Shown: positions 44,421 through 55,618 of the stretch, piece after piece
How the letters are laid out: the number at the start of each line of letters is the position of its first letter
Position numbering within the stretch: the stretch's first letter is position 1
NCBI GenBank assembly: GCA_019120295.1
Contig: DWVI01000004.1
Span: 166,758-230,757 of the forward strand
Source of the DNA: Candidatus Onthoplasma faecipullorum
GTDB taxonomy: Bacteria; Bacillota; Clostridia; Christensenellales; UBA1242
Length of the DNA: 64,000 bases
Reading direction: 5' to 3'
The notes under the pieces: model-generated
What the model saw: the letters and a program-made list of their open reading frames with translations, nothing else
What the model was told of the DNA's origin: nothing
Database searches by the model: none
Translations under genes and position numbers: made by a program

Positions 44421-44882
44421 ATGAATTATAACGATTTTCCAATTTTAAGTGACGATGCCTACGATTTTCTACGGGACAAGTATAAAAACGAAATGACCTT
44501 TGATAGAGAAACGTCTATCAACAAGGTTTGTTATTATTTAAATGAGTGTGTGGGAAGTTGTAAGTCGCTAAAAAGTAAATTGAATTTGAAACTGCGTCAA
44601 GCAGTTGAATTTGCGGACGCCCAAATAAATAAAACATTAAGTTCACTCAATGAAACATTTGATATTCGCGTTAGTTCAAATTCAATTAAAGAATTTAATT
44701 TATTCACTTTTTTAAAATATTTAACTAATTCTATTGAAATGCTTATAAACCTAGGATATAAAGAAGAAAAGGAATATTATAAAAAAGTTTACAACATTTG
44801 TTTAAACTCACTCATTGAAAGTGTTAAGAAAATTGTTGAAGCACTTGAAACTAGCAATATTGGGCTTTATAAATTTATGTAA
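44421..44882 (+). CDS. hypothetical protein (153 aa)
   Basis: Isolated ORF between long AT-rich spacers; no SD sequence. Confidence 0.45.
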   Translation: MNYNDFPILSDDAYDFLRDKYKNEMTFDRETSINKVCYYLNECVGSCKSLKSKLNLKLRQAVEFADAQINKTLSSLNETFDIRVSSNSIKEFNLFTFLKYLTNSIEMLINLGYKEEKEYYKKVYNICLNSLIESVKKIVEALETSNIGLYKFM

Positions 44883-45067
44883 TGTTTACTTTACGTTGCA
44901 ATTAAAAATTTAAAAATTATCTTAAAAATTAACAAAATAAAAATTTTAAATAATTGCCAAAATAAAAATAATTAAATTAAAAAATAATTAAAAATGCATA
45001 AAATAATCAAAAAAATAAGGAATTTCTCCTTATTTTTTATAATTTTAAGTTATTTTCATAAAATTTT

Positions 45068-46453
45068 TTATTTTTTTATAATTTCATATTCATTTTTTGG
45101 TTTGTCTAAAATTGTGTAACCAAGAGATGCTAGTTTATCTCTAAGTTCGTCACTTGTTGCGTAGTCTTTATTCATACGCGCTTGTTTTCGCTTTTCTGCA
45201 ATCTCAATTATATCAGATGGAATTTCAGATTTTGTTTCTTCAATCTCGTTTAACCTTAAACCTAAAAATCTATCAAAATTTAAAACTAAATTGTATATAT
45301 CCACACTTTCAGGGTTATTTTTAAGTGCGTCCCACATAACAGATAGAGCAAGTGGAGAGTTTACGTCATCAGCCACATACTTTTCAAATTTCAATTTGTA
45401 ATCGTCTAAAACGCTTTTTTCTATTTTGTTTGTGCCATTTTTATGTTTTAAAATTAACTTTTTAAGATTGTTGTAACTATCGCGTGCGTTATCTAGTGCG
45501 TCAAATGTGAAGTTTTGCGGTTTAGAGTAGTGCGCAGATAAGTAAAACAATCTTAAATCCATAGGTGAATAACCTTTTTCGATTAAATTGTTTAAAGTGT
45601 AAATTCCGCCAGTTGATTTGCTCATTTTTCCGCCGTTGAACATAAGGTGTTCTAGGTGGAACCAAATATCCACAACTTCATGACCCGTGCAAGCAAAATT
45701 TTGTGCAATTTCATTTTCGTGGTGAACTGTTTTATGTTCAACTCCACCGCCGTGCAAACTGATGTGTTCACCTAAAAATTTATTACCGATTGCGCTACAT
45801 TCAATGTGCCAACCAGGGTAGCCCACTCCCCAAGGAGAAGGCCATTTTTGAATATGATTATCTTTGGCGATTACCCATAAAACAAAGTCGGCTGGGTTGC
45901 GTTTTTCGTCGTCAACACTAATACGAGCGCCAAACTTTTTATCGTTTTGGTTCATTCCGCCAAGTTTTCCATAATGCACATATTTACTTGTGTCAAAATA
46001 CACACCGTTTTTTGTGATATAACCATAACCATTGTCTAAAATCTTTTGAACAAAAGCAATAATTTCGTCTATAACGCTGGTTGCTGGGCAAATGTGCTCA
46101 GGCATTTCAATGTTTAGTGCTTGCATATCTTTTAAACACAAATCCCAATAAAATTTTGCAATTTCTTCTGGCGACTTATTTTCACGTTTACTTGCAACGT
46201 CCATTTTATCGTCCCCTTCGTCCGCGTCACTTGTCAAATGACCAACATCGGTTATATTCATAACATGGTTTATATCATAACCTAAATATTTCACTGCACG
46301 GCGCACACTATCCATCACAAAAAAAGCACGCATGTTGCCAATGTGTTGAAACCAATAAACAGTAGGTCCACAAAAATAATATGTAACTTTTCCGTTATGC
46401 ACAGTAACTGCTTCTTTTTTCTTTGTAAGTGAATTATAAATTTTTAATTCCAT
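45068..46453 (-). CDS. cysS: cysteine--tRNA ligase
   Basis: 'CGPTVYWFQHIGNMR' is the HIGH-type motif and 'KMSKSTG' is the KMSKS motif; 461 aa. Confidence 0.9.
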   Translation of the reverse strand: MELKIYNSLTKKKEAVTVHNGKVTYYFCGPTVYWFQHIGNMRAFFVMDSVRRAVKYLGYDINHVMNITDVGHLTSDADEGDDKMDVASKRENKSPEEIAKFYWDLCLKDMQALNIEMPEHICPATSVIDEIIAFVQKILDNGYGYITKNGVYFDTSKYVHYGKLGGMNQNDKKFGARISVDDEKRNPADFVLWVIAKDNHIQKWPSPWGVGYPGWHIECSAIGNKFLGEHISLHGGGVEHKTVHHENEIAQNFACTGHEVVDIWFHLEHLMFNGGKMSKSTGGIYTLNNLIEKGYSPMDLRLFYLSAHYSKPQNFTFDALDNARDSYNNLKKLILKHKNGTNKIEKSVLDDYKLKFEKYVADDVNSPLALSVMWDALKNNPESVDIYNLVLNFDRFLGLRLNEIEETKSEIPSDIIEIAEKRKQARMNKDYATSDELRDKLASLGYTILDKPKNEYEIIKK

Positions 46454-46757
46454 AATGTTCCTTTTTATATTTATATATGTTTTTGATTATAGAATGTTTT
46501 TTATGTTTTGTCAAGGAAATAATATTTTAAAATTTTTAAAGTAAAAAATTAAATTAAAAATAAATTTTCGAAAAATCTAAAAAATATGAAAAAATCACTA
46601 AAAAATTCAAAAAAATTAAAAATTTTTGCATATTTTTATAAATTTTTAAAAATTTTTTGCGCTTTGAAATAGATTTTTAATAAAAAATTAAAATTTAATC
46701 TCATATTTTTAAAAAATAAAAAAATGTAGAATTATTGTGAAATTTGTAATTTTTTAT

Positions 46758-46786
46758 TTGATAAAAATGAGATAATGTGTTAAAAT
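46758..46786 (+). promoter_or_regulatory. sigA-type promoter with extended -10 for the giant lipoprotein operon
   Basis: TTGATA (46758-63), 17-nt spacer, TGtTAAAAT (46778-86). SD AAAAGGGG lies before the ATG at 46824. Confidence 0.4.
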
Positions 46787-46823
46787 ACTATTAGTTATAT
46801 TAAGACATTAAAAAGGGGTTAAC

Positions 46824-49800
46824 ATGTCTAGCACAAAAGTAAAACGTTTTTCAATATTTTTATTATTGTTGATTTGTTCAATATTTTTGTTTGCATGTGA
46901 AACTCGCACCCCAGTTGAAGATATTCATTTTGCAGACGAAAGTATAGTCCTTTTAGTTGGTGACACATATTCACCAAATGTTAGCATCACCCCTAGTTAT
47001 GCCACCAATAGAAGTTACACAATCACGAGTGAAAATCCATCTGTTGTTACGGTTAGAGATAATGTGTTAACCGCAACGCAAGAAGGTGAAGCAGTTATTC
47101 GTGTGGTGAGTTTAGATAACCCTATGCGTGAAGATGTTATGACGGTGAGCGTTAGAAGAAACGTTACAACTTTGGAGACCCCACGTGTTAGTTACAATTC
47201 AACAAATCAAACTATTAATTTTGATATGATAGCGAATGCGTCTTCATATACACTTCGCATAAACGGCACAGATATAAACCTAGGTAACAGCACAAGTTAT
47301 AGTTTGAGTGATTATGAAAATTTAACAGGTTCTGCATTCGACCAAATGTTAACAATTAGCGTTCGTGCGAATGCACTAACTTACAGCCATGCATTTAACA
47401 ATTCAAGTTTTTCAACAAGTTTAAAAGTTTATCAAGCTAAGAGCGTTGCAAATGCTCGCATTGTTGGGGGAATTTTAAATTTTGATAAAACGAGTGCTAC
47501 AAATTATCAAATTTCGTTAGACGGTAGTGAAATTTCAACCACGTCTGCAAACCGTATTGATTTAACCAATGTGAATGCCAACCTTTCTGGTTATCTCGAT
47601 TTAACTGTTGTTAGTTTGGTGGACGACGCCTTAAAAACAGACGCGACCGCAACATATTACAATTCATTGCCTGTTACTTTGCGAGTTAAAGTTATGGACG
47701 CTGTGAACGCTAGAATGATTGAAAACACAATAAATTGGCAAAGTAACGCAGAAGCGGAAAGTTACAATGTTTATGTTGATAATATTTTAAAAGCAAACAC
47801 AACGAACAACTATTTCGATTTGTCCACGCTGGAAGATTTTGAAGATATTGTTTACATATCTTCTGGGCACACTTTACGCGTTGAACCAGTTATAAATAGT
47901 GCTAGCGTAAATGTTATTAAGGTTGTTTCTTCTTCTGCAAACCTTGATTTTAATAGGCTTCAAACTCCAAGTTTAACTGTGTCAAACAACCTTATCAGTT
48001 GGGATGCAATTGCTGGGGCTTCAAGTTATGTTGTGAGCGTTAGTTACGGTGAAATTTCAACAAGTATAATCACACAAAACAATAGTTTTTCATTAGATAA
48101 CTATCCATCTAACCAAAACTATACGGTTAGCGTTCAAGCAATTTCGTCTTATAACGAAAATTATTTGTCTTCATTCGTTGATAGTGTAAACATTAAAAAG
48201 AGAGCAGAAGTTGAATTAAACATTGACAATTACATTCTTAGTTTCAACACAACCAATTCTGATAGTTATTTAGTTGAATTTTTAACGATTGACGACACTT
48301 ATTCAAACACCATAGTTGCAGATAGTGATAATTACACATTAGATTTGTCAACATTCAATTTTAACGTTGGTGAAAATTCAGTTTATGTAACACATCTAGG
48401 CAACAATGGCGAGATATTTGATAGCGCTACAACTAGCATTAAATTTGTGCAATTAACAGACGAAGAAGATATTTCAATGTCTAACGGCGTGGTTAGTGTT
48501 GAAAGAGATGCAATAAATGAAAATGCTACATATAGATTTAGAATAACTGGTGGAGATGTTGATTTCACAGTTGATAGCACGAGTTATGAGTTCAACACAA
48601 CTAGCGAAGAGTTGGAAAATTTCTTGCCTGCTGGAAATTATAGTATATCATTATATATTTTAGGTGATGGTAAAAACACATTCTCCATTGCTAATGACGG
48701 GCTATCCGCCTTATCTTATGAATTTGAAGTGTTAGGTGCACCTATTTTGAGTGTTCCAAATAAGGCTGAACAAATTTTATCAATATCAGAAATTGCAAAT
48801 GCTGAAAATTATGTGATTTATCACAAAGTTGCTGATAATTTTGAAACTTTTGCAACAATATCAAACAACACATGTGAATTTGATATTGAAGAAAACGAAT
48901 TGATTTTCCGCGCTCAAAGTATAGGCAATGGAAGCACAACTTTAAATTCCTGCTATTCTGACGAAATCACCGTTCAAAAATTGTCAACACCAACTTTAAC
49001 TTACGATAGAAGTTCAGATGTTATCAGTATTGTAGATAACAATAATTCAGGCATAGTGAATGGTTATGTGTTGACCGTAAACGGTGCACCAACTGATTAT
49101 GATTTTACTTCTACTTACGAAAATTTTGTTGTTGGTGATAACGAATTTACAGTCTACATTGAAGCGGTGGACGCATCGAATAATATATTCTATTTAAATT
49201 CAGATAGTTTCACATTAAATATAAATAAGGTAGACGGCGAAGCGGTGTTTAATATCAATGGTCAAGGTCAACTTATCATTGAACCATTAAACCAAGATAC
49301 TGAAAATGATTTAGTGTTATCAATTACTATTGGTGATAGCGAAATGTTGTTTGAAACGGACGGCACGTCACTTGTCTATAATGATTATTCACTTGATTAT
49401 GTATATAATGAAGGTCAATATATAATTAACCTATTAAATGATGCGTATGAACCTATCATATCTGAACTCGATAGTGCAACAAACTTCACTGTGAAAGTTA
49501 AATTCGTGCCACAAGGCGAAACGAGTGTGGATAGTTCGTATAGCACTGAACAAATTGTGCAAATAGAAAATGAAAGTTTAATAGGAAGAAATGGTCAAAA
49601 TTTAACAATTCGCTTAGCCGAACTTACTCACAATTATCAAAACTACTCATTGCTTATAAATGATACTGTTGTGATTGATTTAGATAGCAGCGCGGTTGTT
49701 GATAGCGAAGCAGGATATGTCCTGGTTGATGTTGCTTATGTATATTCGTTCCTTGAAGATAACTATTCGCAGTTTGAAGTGAGCGCTATCACAAAAAATA

Positions 49801-52800
49801 TAAACTCAACAAGTGAAAACTTGCGTCTTCCTAAAAAGAGTGACAGCACATTTGTTGCACGTGCAGACCAATTGGTGTTAACACAATCAAAAGATAATAA
49901 CGTAGCCAACAATTCAGTTGTAATATCATTTAATATAGACCAAGGCGAGTTTGATAAAACATATCAACTTAGCGTGTTTAATTTAATTGATGGTGTTAAG
50001 GCAAATGAATACACAAAGATTTATTCAAATTCAGATGCAGATAGCGGAATTATCTCATTTAACCTTGACGAAGTAAGTTTAACCGGCACATTATACATTA
50101 CAGTTACCACACTCACAACAGGTGATAAACTAGTGGATGGCAACACAGTTTTGATGTTCAATTCGCTTGAAAGTGAACGAATTGAAATTAGTAAACTTGA
50201 TGCAGTTATGAATGTGTATGTAAGCGATGGAATTTTGCATTTCGACGCAGTTGAAAATGCGGTGGGTTATGAAATTTACAATGTAACTGGTTCGGTGCAA
50301 CAAAAATTAAATAATGGAATATTGCAAGACACCACTTATGGGCTAACAAACCTTACTGGTGAAGCATATATTGCAGTTAAAGCAATAGCAGATTTAACTG
50401 GTTCAAATTCAAATTTGAGCGAGAGCATTCATGTTAACAAGTTGGCAACACCAACACTAAATATTGTTAATGGTGAGATAAATTTAACATTATCTAGCGT
50501 TGCAATCGGTTTATTACAAAATGAAAGTGTAGATATTAAAATTCAAGCAGGCAATGGCTTAACTTCATTTGATTATGAACTTGTTAGCGATGGAATTAGT
50601 GTTGAAAATAACACGGTTCAAATTCTTTCAGACGCATTAAACGCAAGCGGAGTAATGAACTTTGGTTTAAACTCACCACTTAATGAAAATTTAACATTCA
50701 AGTTAGTTGTGAACTACACAAGCACAGATACAGACGAAGAAATATATTACATCAATTCAAATTCGGCAAGTATAAGTGTTTATGGTTTGTTGCAAGTAAC
50801 TAATTTAAGAAAAAATTCAACAGAAAATGATTACGACGAATATGTTGAAACAATTTCCTTTGATGCAAACGCAAACAATGTTTTAAATGCTAATAATTTA
50901 GTTAATGGTTACACATTTAGAGTGGTTACAAATGACGCAACTTACTACTCAACTGACACAAGACTAAAATACAGGCAAATTGCATCAATTAGCGATGTGG
51001 ACGGAACAATTGAATATGAATATTTATCATATTCTGAATTGTTAACCAGCACAAATTTCGTTTTCCCATACGGTTATGACGAAAATGAAGACGGCTTAAT
51101 TACTGACGACGAAGTGTTTAGAGATGGCACATTTGCTATAAGTGTTAAAGCAGTTGCCAATGTGATATCAGGATACAATTTAATCAACAGCACATATTCG
51201 CAAGCAATAGAATTTTCTATTCTTGCAACACCAAATTTAAATATTATAAATGGAACACTAAATTGGGACGGCGGAGAAGATTATTCTTACATTGTTAGAG
51301 TGTATGATAGCGTTAATGAAGATAAGGCATTGTTAGAGATTGATAATGTTAGTGAAAATTATTTCGATTTTTCAAATTCAATATTTAATCATTATATTGG
51401 TCTTTACGGCGTAAGTGTTCAAGCGATTAGCAATAATCCATTAGTTGTAAACAGCCGTGAGAGTGATGCAAAACTTGTGTTAAGGTTACCAGAAGTTGTT
51501 GATGCGAAGGTGGACGACGGTTATTTGGTGTTAACTGCAAATAGTTATTTCAGTTTAGCAGAAATTACGTTTGTGGACACAATCGACCCAACCCGCACTC
51601 AAATAATAACCTATTCACGTGCAATGCAAGCAAGTGAGTTATTAGACGAACTTGAAATAGAAACATGGGAAGATTACAACGCTGAAAATGTTTCTTCACT
51701 ATTTACAAGTTCAAACTTTATAGCACTAAATTATGATAGTTTAATTATGAGCGTTATGCCTAATAGAAGTTACACTGTGAACGTGCGCTTGATTGGTAAC
51801 TCAGATAACAATAGACCGATAGTTAGTTCAAAAAGCACTATAAATGCCGGAATGTTAAACGCAACTAAACTATCAAGCACCACAACCGAAGTTGAAAAGG
51901 GTGTGTTTAAATTCGATACGATTGACGAGTATAAAAATTTAAACATCAACTATAACTTTAACAATGCTATAGTAGCGCAAGAAAACACTATTTGGAACAA
52001 TATGCGTGTGTATAAAGTGGAAATCACAGCGTCAAATATAGCGCATGAAATATACGCATTAGATTATTATGCTTTTGAAACGGCAATTTCAACAGGAATA
52101 ATAAGTGCACAAGATTACGAAATTGTGGAAAACAGAGAAAACTTATATGCAATTTATAAATATTCAACTGATGAAACAAATTATTTGTATTTCAATGTTT
52201 TCGAAAATAACACAATAAACTTACGCGATTATGATTATATATATTATTATCAAATTACAAATGAAGTTACCGATTCAGAATCAACATTCACAGGTTCAAC
52301 CACAATTTCAAGTGTAAACTTATCTGCTGGTGGAGCGTTTGTTGTAAGCATTTCGCTTCTTGGTGGTGATAGTATAATTGTGGAAAACACAACTAGAACG
52401 TCAAATATTGCATACTTAAATGCAGATGTCACCGATTTAAACACCTTTATAAGATATGGTAATAACAGCATTTCAACACAAAATGGTCAAGTGTTAATTC
52501 AAAACATGCAGATTGTGGTGGAAGAGCAAGTTGTTGACTATCCAATCTATAAATTACGTGTAAATTTACTTAATGATGCAGAAAATGTAACAAACATTTA
52601 TCTATATCATTCAGATGTTATGACGCTGGAACAAGCCCAGACTATTACAGGGGACAGTGATGGAATATACTCTGAAATCGTGTTCTCAGATACACAACAA
52701 ATTTTATTTGATTTTGCAGAGTATTTTACATATGGTTCATATCAAATAGATGTGCAAACCTTGGCTGGTTTATCTTCTGATAGTGAGCAGGCGGACTATT

Positions 52801-55616
52801 TGTTAAATTCACGAGTTCCAACTACCAAATACAATTTAAGAAAGATATCTTCAACTCAGTTTGTGGCAAACAGTGGAGATTTACAATTTGATTTAGCATA
52901 CATCACTGGTGCAGGTGGAGAAACAACATATATTTATAATTATGAAATCACTCTCCACGACCAAACAATCGACCAAGAATATGTGTATAATATAACGAGC
53001 ACAAGCGAAGGCGTAACAGTTCAAAACAACCGAATTGTGTATACACTTCCTAGTGAAATAACCACCACATTAGGCGAAGAAGTTACCATTGATAATGACC
53101 ATAGTTTCACAATAAAACTAAGAGCATTAGCATTGAATGAACAATATGTTATAAACGGAAGTTATTTAGAAACGGACGGAACAGATTATACAATGCAATT
53201 TGTGCGTTCTAGCGGAGTAAGCAATGTTAGAATTGAAGACGGCGAATTAAGATGGACAGTTGAAGAAGATAAATTCAACACTCAAGTTAGAATTGATTTA
53301 GCGTTCTTAGATGCAAATTCTCAAACTCAACATATCACATTTGCAACATTGGGAACACAAGTAAATGACGAACACGGAAATTACCTATATCATTCATATG
53401 CCTTTACTGACGGTTTATATAACATAACTTCCACGGGTGGACAAACCTATATCAATTCGTCGGTTGACTACACTGTTTCAATATGTGTAATTGGCACGTC
53501 TGGTTCAAACAATGCAATAATTAGCAGTGCGTACTCAGAAGGTATCTTAATGAACAGATTATCAGCGGTTAATAGTTCAAGCATAACAGCAGTGAATGGT
53601 GTGTTAACATGGAGCGCAGTTCCTGACGCGATAAGTTATGTTGTAACAATGTCGGTCGGTGGTAACGAATACAATTTCAATGTTGAAACTAATAGTATAG
53701 ATTTCAGTGAAATTAGAGATGTTTCAAATAATCTTCTTTCTGCTGGTCAATATAATGTGTATGTTCGTGCGATTGGAGATAATCAAATAACCGCTATGCG
53801 AACGAATGCAAGTTCAACGTTTACAAAGTTATCAACAGTCACAGGAATTGCAATAGACACAACTGATAGCAACTACATATCATGGAACGCTGTAAGTGGA
53901 GCAGAAGGATATTTTGTAACCTTTACATATGGTGATAACCTAGTTGAAACAACTATGATTGAAGATGGCTCAACAACCCGTGTGTTAGTTCCTGAAAACA
54001 TTGTTGGCCAATTTGAAGTTAGCGTTAGCGCTCGTGGTGTTGGTATTAGTAGAACCTTAAACGGCGAAGCAGGAATATTTGTAAGTTCAACTTCACGCCC
54101 AAGCGCAGTAAATGCAATTAACTTTGACACAGAAAATCAAAGATATTATTGGTCAGTTGCAGACGACTTCCTACCTAGTGACACATTAAGAGTAAGTTAT
54201 AACTTATACGAATATGTTTCAGAACCTTCTTCGCCAACAGGTTCAACATTAAGTTCAAGTTCGTCACAACAAGTTGTCACAATAAATGCCAATGATGCAA
54301 ATTCGTACTATGAAGAAAACAATGTTAGATACTATTTCTTCAAGCCAACAGTTATGGGAATGTACACTAACTTTGTGGTGCAAGTAACGCGTGCAAACAG
54401 CAACAATTCTCCAACAAGGGGATATGAAAACGTTGATTTGAACTTGTATTCATACGGTGCTGGAACAAGCGAAAATCCTTATAGAATTAAGAATTCAACG
54501 CACCTAATGAATATAACATATAACGAAAGCGCAAACTATGAATTGATAGAGTCTGTAAACTTGAGTGATGTTAACATTGCAAGTAGAATTAGCGAATTTG
54601 GAGCAATTATATCTTCTAATTTCTCAGGTACTTTGAATGGTAACAATTCGGTTATCTACGGCTTTAATAACTTAGTGCTTACAAGCGCGAATAGTTTTGC
54701 CTTATTTAGCACTTTAAACAATGCAACAATTTATGATTTGTCAATAGGACTTACAGATAGTGACACAAATATCTCAAATTCGTTTGCAAATAACTATTCA
54801 GATGTGGTAAACTTATCAGTGTTAGGAATAAACGCTAACAATTCAACTATTGAGAATGTGGATGTAAATAGATTTGTGTTCATATTATCAGGCAATGGAA
54901 CACTTTCTGGAAACGTAAATGCTTCTGGACTAGTTGCAAATCTAACAAATTCTCAAATAGTTGATAGCAATGCAACAGTAACGTTCAACTTCAACTTAAC
55001 ATTCACTTCCCAAGTTAATGTTGGTGGTATGGTTGCGGTTAGCGCGTCATCTAGCCTAACTTCAACTAGCGGAACATTCAATTCAACACTGACATTAACA
55101 CAATCAAATTCAAACAACTCATTCAACTATGTTGGTGGTGTTGTGGCGCAATTTGTGGGTGAAGATACTAGAATAAGCGAGATTTCTAACGCAGAGTCAA
55201 ATGTCAACCTAACAAATGTATATGCAAATTACATGGGTGGCATAGCAGGTCTTGTGCAACTTGCTAGAATTACTGATAGCGTTGCAACAGGTAACATCAC
55301 CAATCAAGCGATAAATAAAAACACATTTATGGGTGGTGTTGCAGGTGTAATTCAAAGTTCTATAATAGATAGCGCAGGAACAGAAATATCATTTACTTTA
55401 AGAGTAACTAACAATTCAACAACGTCAATCTATATTGGTGCTTTGGCTGGTAATATAACAACTATTTCAAATATTAGTAACACAATAAATAATTGTTACT
55501 CATACTACGAAGTGGTTGAAGGTCAAACAACAATTTCAGGTGGTGTTGTAACAATGGGTATTTATGGCAGAAATGTTAATAACACACCTATCAATAACTG
55601 GACTATAACGGGGTAA
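46824..55616 (+). CDS. giant surface lipoprotein/adhesin (2930 aa): lipobox, Big_2-like domain, long array of FN3/Ig-like modules, C-terminal GLUG-motif region
   Basis: 'LLLICSIFLFAC' is a signal peptide with lipobox. 'LLVGDTYSPNVSITP...VVTVRDNVLTATQEGEAVIRV' is Big_2-like. Recurrent 'NG.L.W.AV..A..Y.V' modules. C-terminal repeats VGGMVAV, VGGVVAQ, MGGIAGL, MGGVAGV and IGALAGN. Confidence 0.75.
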   Translation: MSSTKVKRFSIFLLLLICSIFLFACETRTPVEDIHFADESIVLLVGDTYSPNVSITPSYATNRSYTITSENPSVVTVRDNVLTATQEGEAVIRVVSLDNPMREDVMTVSVRRNVTTLETPRVSYNSTNQTINFDMIANASSYTLRINGTDINLGNSTSYSLSDYENLTGSAFDQMLTISVRANALTYSHAFNNSSFSTSLKVYQAKSVANARIVGGILNFDKTSATNYQISLDGSEISTTSANRIDLTNVNANLSGYLDLTVVSLVDDALKTDATATYYNSLPVTLRVKVMDAVNARMIENTINWQSNAEAESYNVYVDNILKANTTNNYFDLSTLEDFEDIVYISSGHTLRVEPVINSASVNVIKVVSSSANLDFNRLQTPSLTVSNNLISWDAIAGASSYVVSVSYGEISTSIITQNNSFSLDNYPSNQNYTVSVQAISSYNENYLSSFVDSVNIKKRAEVELNIDNYILSFNTTNSDSYLVEFLTIDDTYSNTIVADSDNYTLDLSTFNFNVGENSVYVTHLGNNGEIFDSATTSIKFVQLTDEEDISMSNGVVSVERDAINENATYRFRITGGDVDFTVDSTSYEFNTTSEELENFLPAGNYSISLYILGDGKNTFSIANDGLSALSYEFEVLGAPILSVPNKAEQILSISEIANAENYVIYHKVADNFETFATISNNTCEFDIEENELIFRAQSIGNGSTTLNSCYSDEITVQKLSTPTLTYDRSSDVISIVDNNNSGIVNGYVLTVNGAPTDYDFTSTYENFVVGDNEFTVYIEAVDASNNIFYLNSDSFTLNINKVDGEAVFNINGQGQLIIEPLNQDTENDLVLSITIGDSEMLFETDGTSLVYNDYSLDYVYNEGQYIINLLNDAYEPIISELDSATNFTVKVKFVPQGETSVDSSYSTEQIVQIENESLIGRNGQNLTIRLAELTHNYQNYSLLINDTVVIDLDSSAVVDSEAGYVLVDVAYVYSFLEDNYSQFEVSAITKNINSTSENLRLPKKSDSTFVARADQLVLTQSKDNNVANNSVVISFNIDQGEFDKTYQLSVFNLIDGVKANEYTKIYSNSDADSGIISFNLDEVSLTGTLYITVTTLTTGDKLVDGNTVLMFNSLESERIEISKLDAVMNVYVSDGILHFDAVENAVGYEIYNVTGSVQQKLNNGILQDTTYGLTNLTGEAYIAVKAIADLTGSNSNLSESIHVNKLATPTLNIVNGEINLTLSSVAIGLLQNESVDIKIQAGNGLTSFDYELVSDGISVENNTVQILSDALNASGVMNFGLNSPLNENLTFKLVVNYTSTDTDEEIYYINSNSASISVYGLLQVTNLRKNSTENDYDEYVETISFDANANNVLNANNLVNGYTFRVVTNDATYYSTDTRLKYRQIASISDVDGTIEYEYLSYSELLTSTNFVFPYGYDENEDGLITDDEVFRDGTFAISVKAVANVISGYNLINSTYSQAIEFSILATPNLNIINGTLNWDGGEDYSYIVRVYDSVNEDKALLEIDNVSENYFDFSNSIFNHYIGLYGVSVQAISNNPLVVNSRESDAKLVLRLPEVVDAKVDDGYLVLTANSYFSLAEITFVDTIDPTRTQIITYSRAMQASELLDELEIETWEDYNAENVSSLFTSSNFIALNYDSLIMSVMPNRSYTVNVRLIGNSDNNRPIVSSKSTINAGMLNATKLSSTTTEVEKGVFKFDTIDEYKNLNINYNFNNAIVAQENTIWNNMRVYKVEITASNIAHEIYALDYYAFETAISTGIISAQDYEIVENRENLYAIYKYSTDETNYLYFNVFENNTINLRDYDYIYYYQITNEVTDSESTFTGSTTISSVNLSAGGAFVVSISLLGGDSIIVENTTRTSNIAYLNADVTDLNTFIRYGNNSISTQNGQVLIQNMQIVVEEQVVDYPIYKLRVNLLNDAENVTNIYLYHSDVMTLEQAQTITGDSDGIYSEIVFSDTQQILFDFAEYFTYGSYQIDVQTLAGLSSDSEQADYLLNSRVPTTKYNLRKISSTQFVANSGDLQFDLAYITGAGGETTYIYNYEITLHDQTIDQEYVYNITSTSEGVTVQNNRIVYTLPSEITTTLGEEVTIDNDHSFTIKLRALALNEQYVINGSYLETDGTDYTMQFVRSSGVSNVRIEDGELRWTVEEDKFNTQVRIDLAFLDANSQTQHITFATLGTQVNDEHGNYLYHSYAFTDGLYNITSTGGQTYINSSVDYTVSICVIGTSGSNNAIISSAYSEGILMNRLSAVNSSSITAVNGVLTWSAVPDAISYVVTMSVGGNEYNFNVETNSIDFSEIRDVSNNLLSAGQYNVYVRAIGDNQITAMRTNASSTFTKLSTVTGIAIDTTDSNYISWNAVSGAEGYFVTFTYGDNLVETTMIEDGSTTRVLVPENIVGQFEVSVSARGVGISRTLNGEAGIFVSSTSRPSAVNAINFDTENQRYYWSVADDFLPSDTLRVSYNLYEYVSEPSSPTGSTLSSSSSQQVVTINANDANSYYEENNVRYYFFKPTVMGMYTNFVVQVTRANSNNSPTRGYENVDLNLYSYGAGTSENPYRIKNSTHLMNITYNESANYELIESVNLSDVNIASRISEFGAIISSNFSGTLNGNNSVIYGFNNLVLTSANSFALFSTLNNATIYDLSIGLTDSDTNISNSFANNYSDVVNLSVLGINANNSTIENVDVNRFVFILSGNGTLSGNVNASGLVANLTNSQIVDSNATVTFNFNLTFTSQVNVGGMVAVSASSSLTSTSGTFNSTLTLTQSNSNNSFNYVGGVVAQFVGEDTRISEISNAESNVNLTNVYANYMGGIAGLVQLARITDSVATGNITNQAINKNTFMGGVAGVIQSSIIDSAGTEISFTLRVTNNSTTSIYIGALAGNITTISNISNTINNCYSYYEVVEGQTTISGGVVTMGIYGRNVNNTPINNWTITG

Positions 55617-55618
55617 AT

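Noticed and set aside
46454-46700. T-box leader upstream of cysS
   Set aside because: The region is almost pure A/T. I found no T-box consensus (…GGTGGTACCGCG…-like) or specifier-loop architecture on the minus strand.
44263-46823. CRISPR array or tandem-repeat locus in the AAAAATT-rich spacers
   Set aside because: The units are short, irregular A/T runs without a conserved 25-40-nt repeat or unique spacers. They are better described as phased A-tracts.
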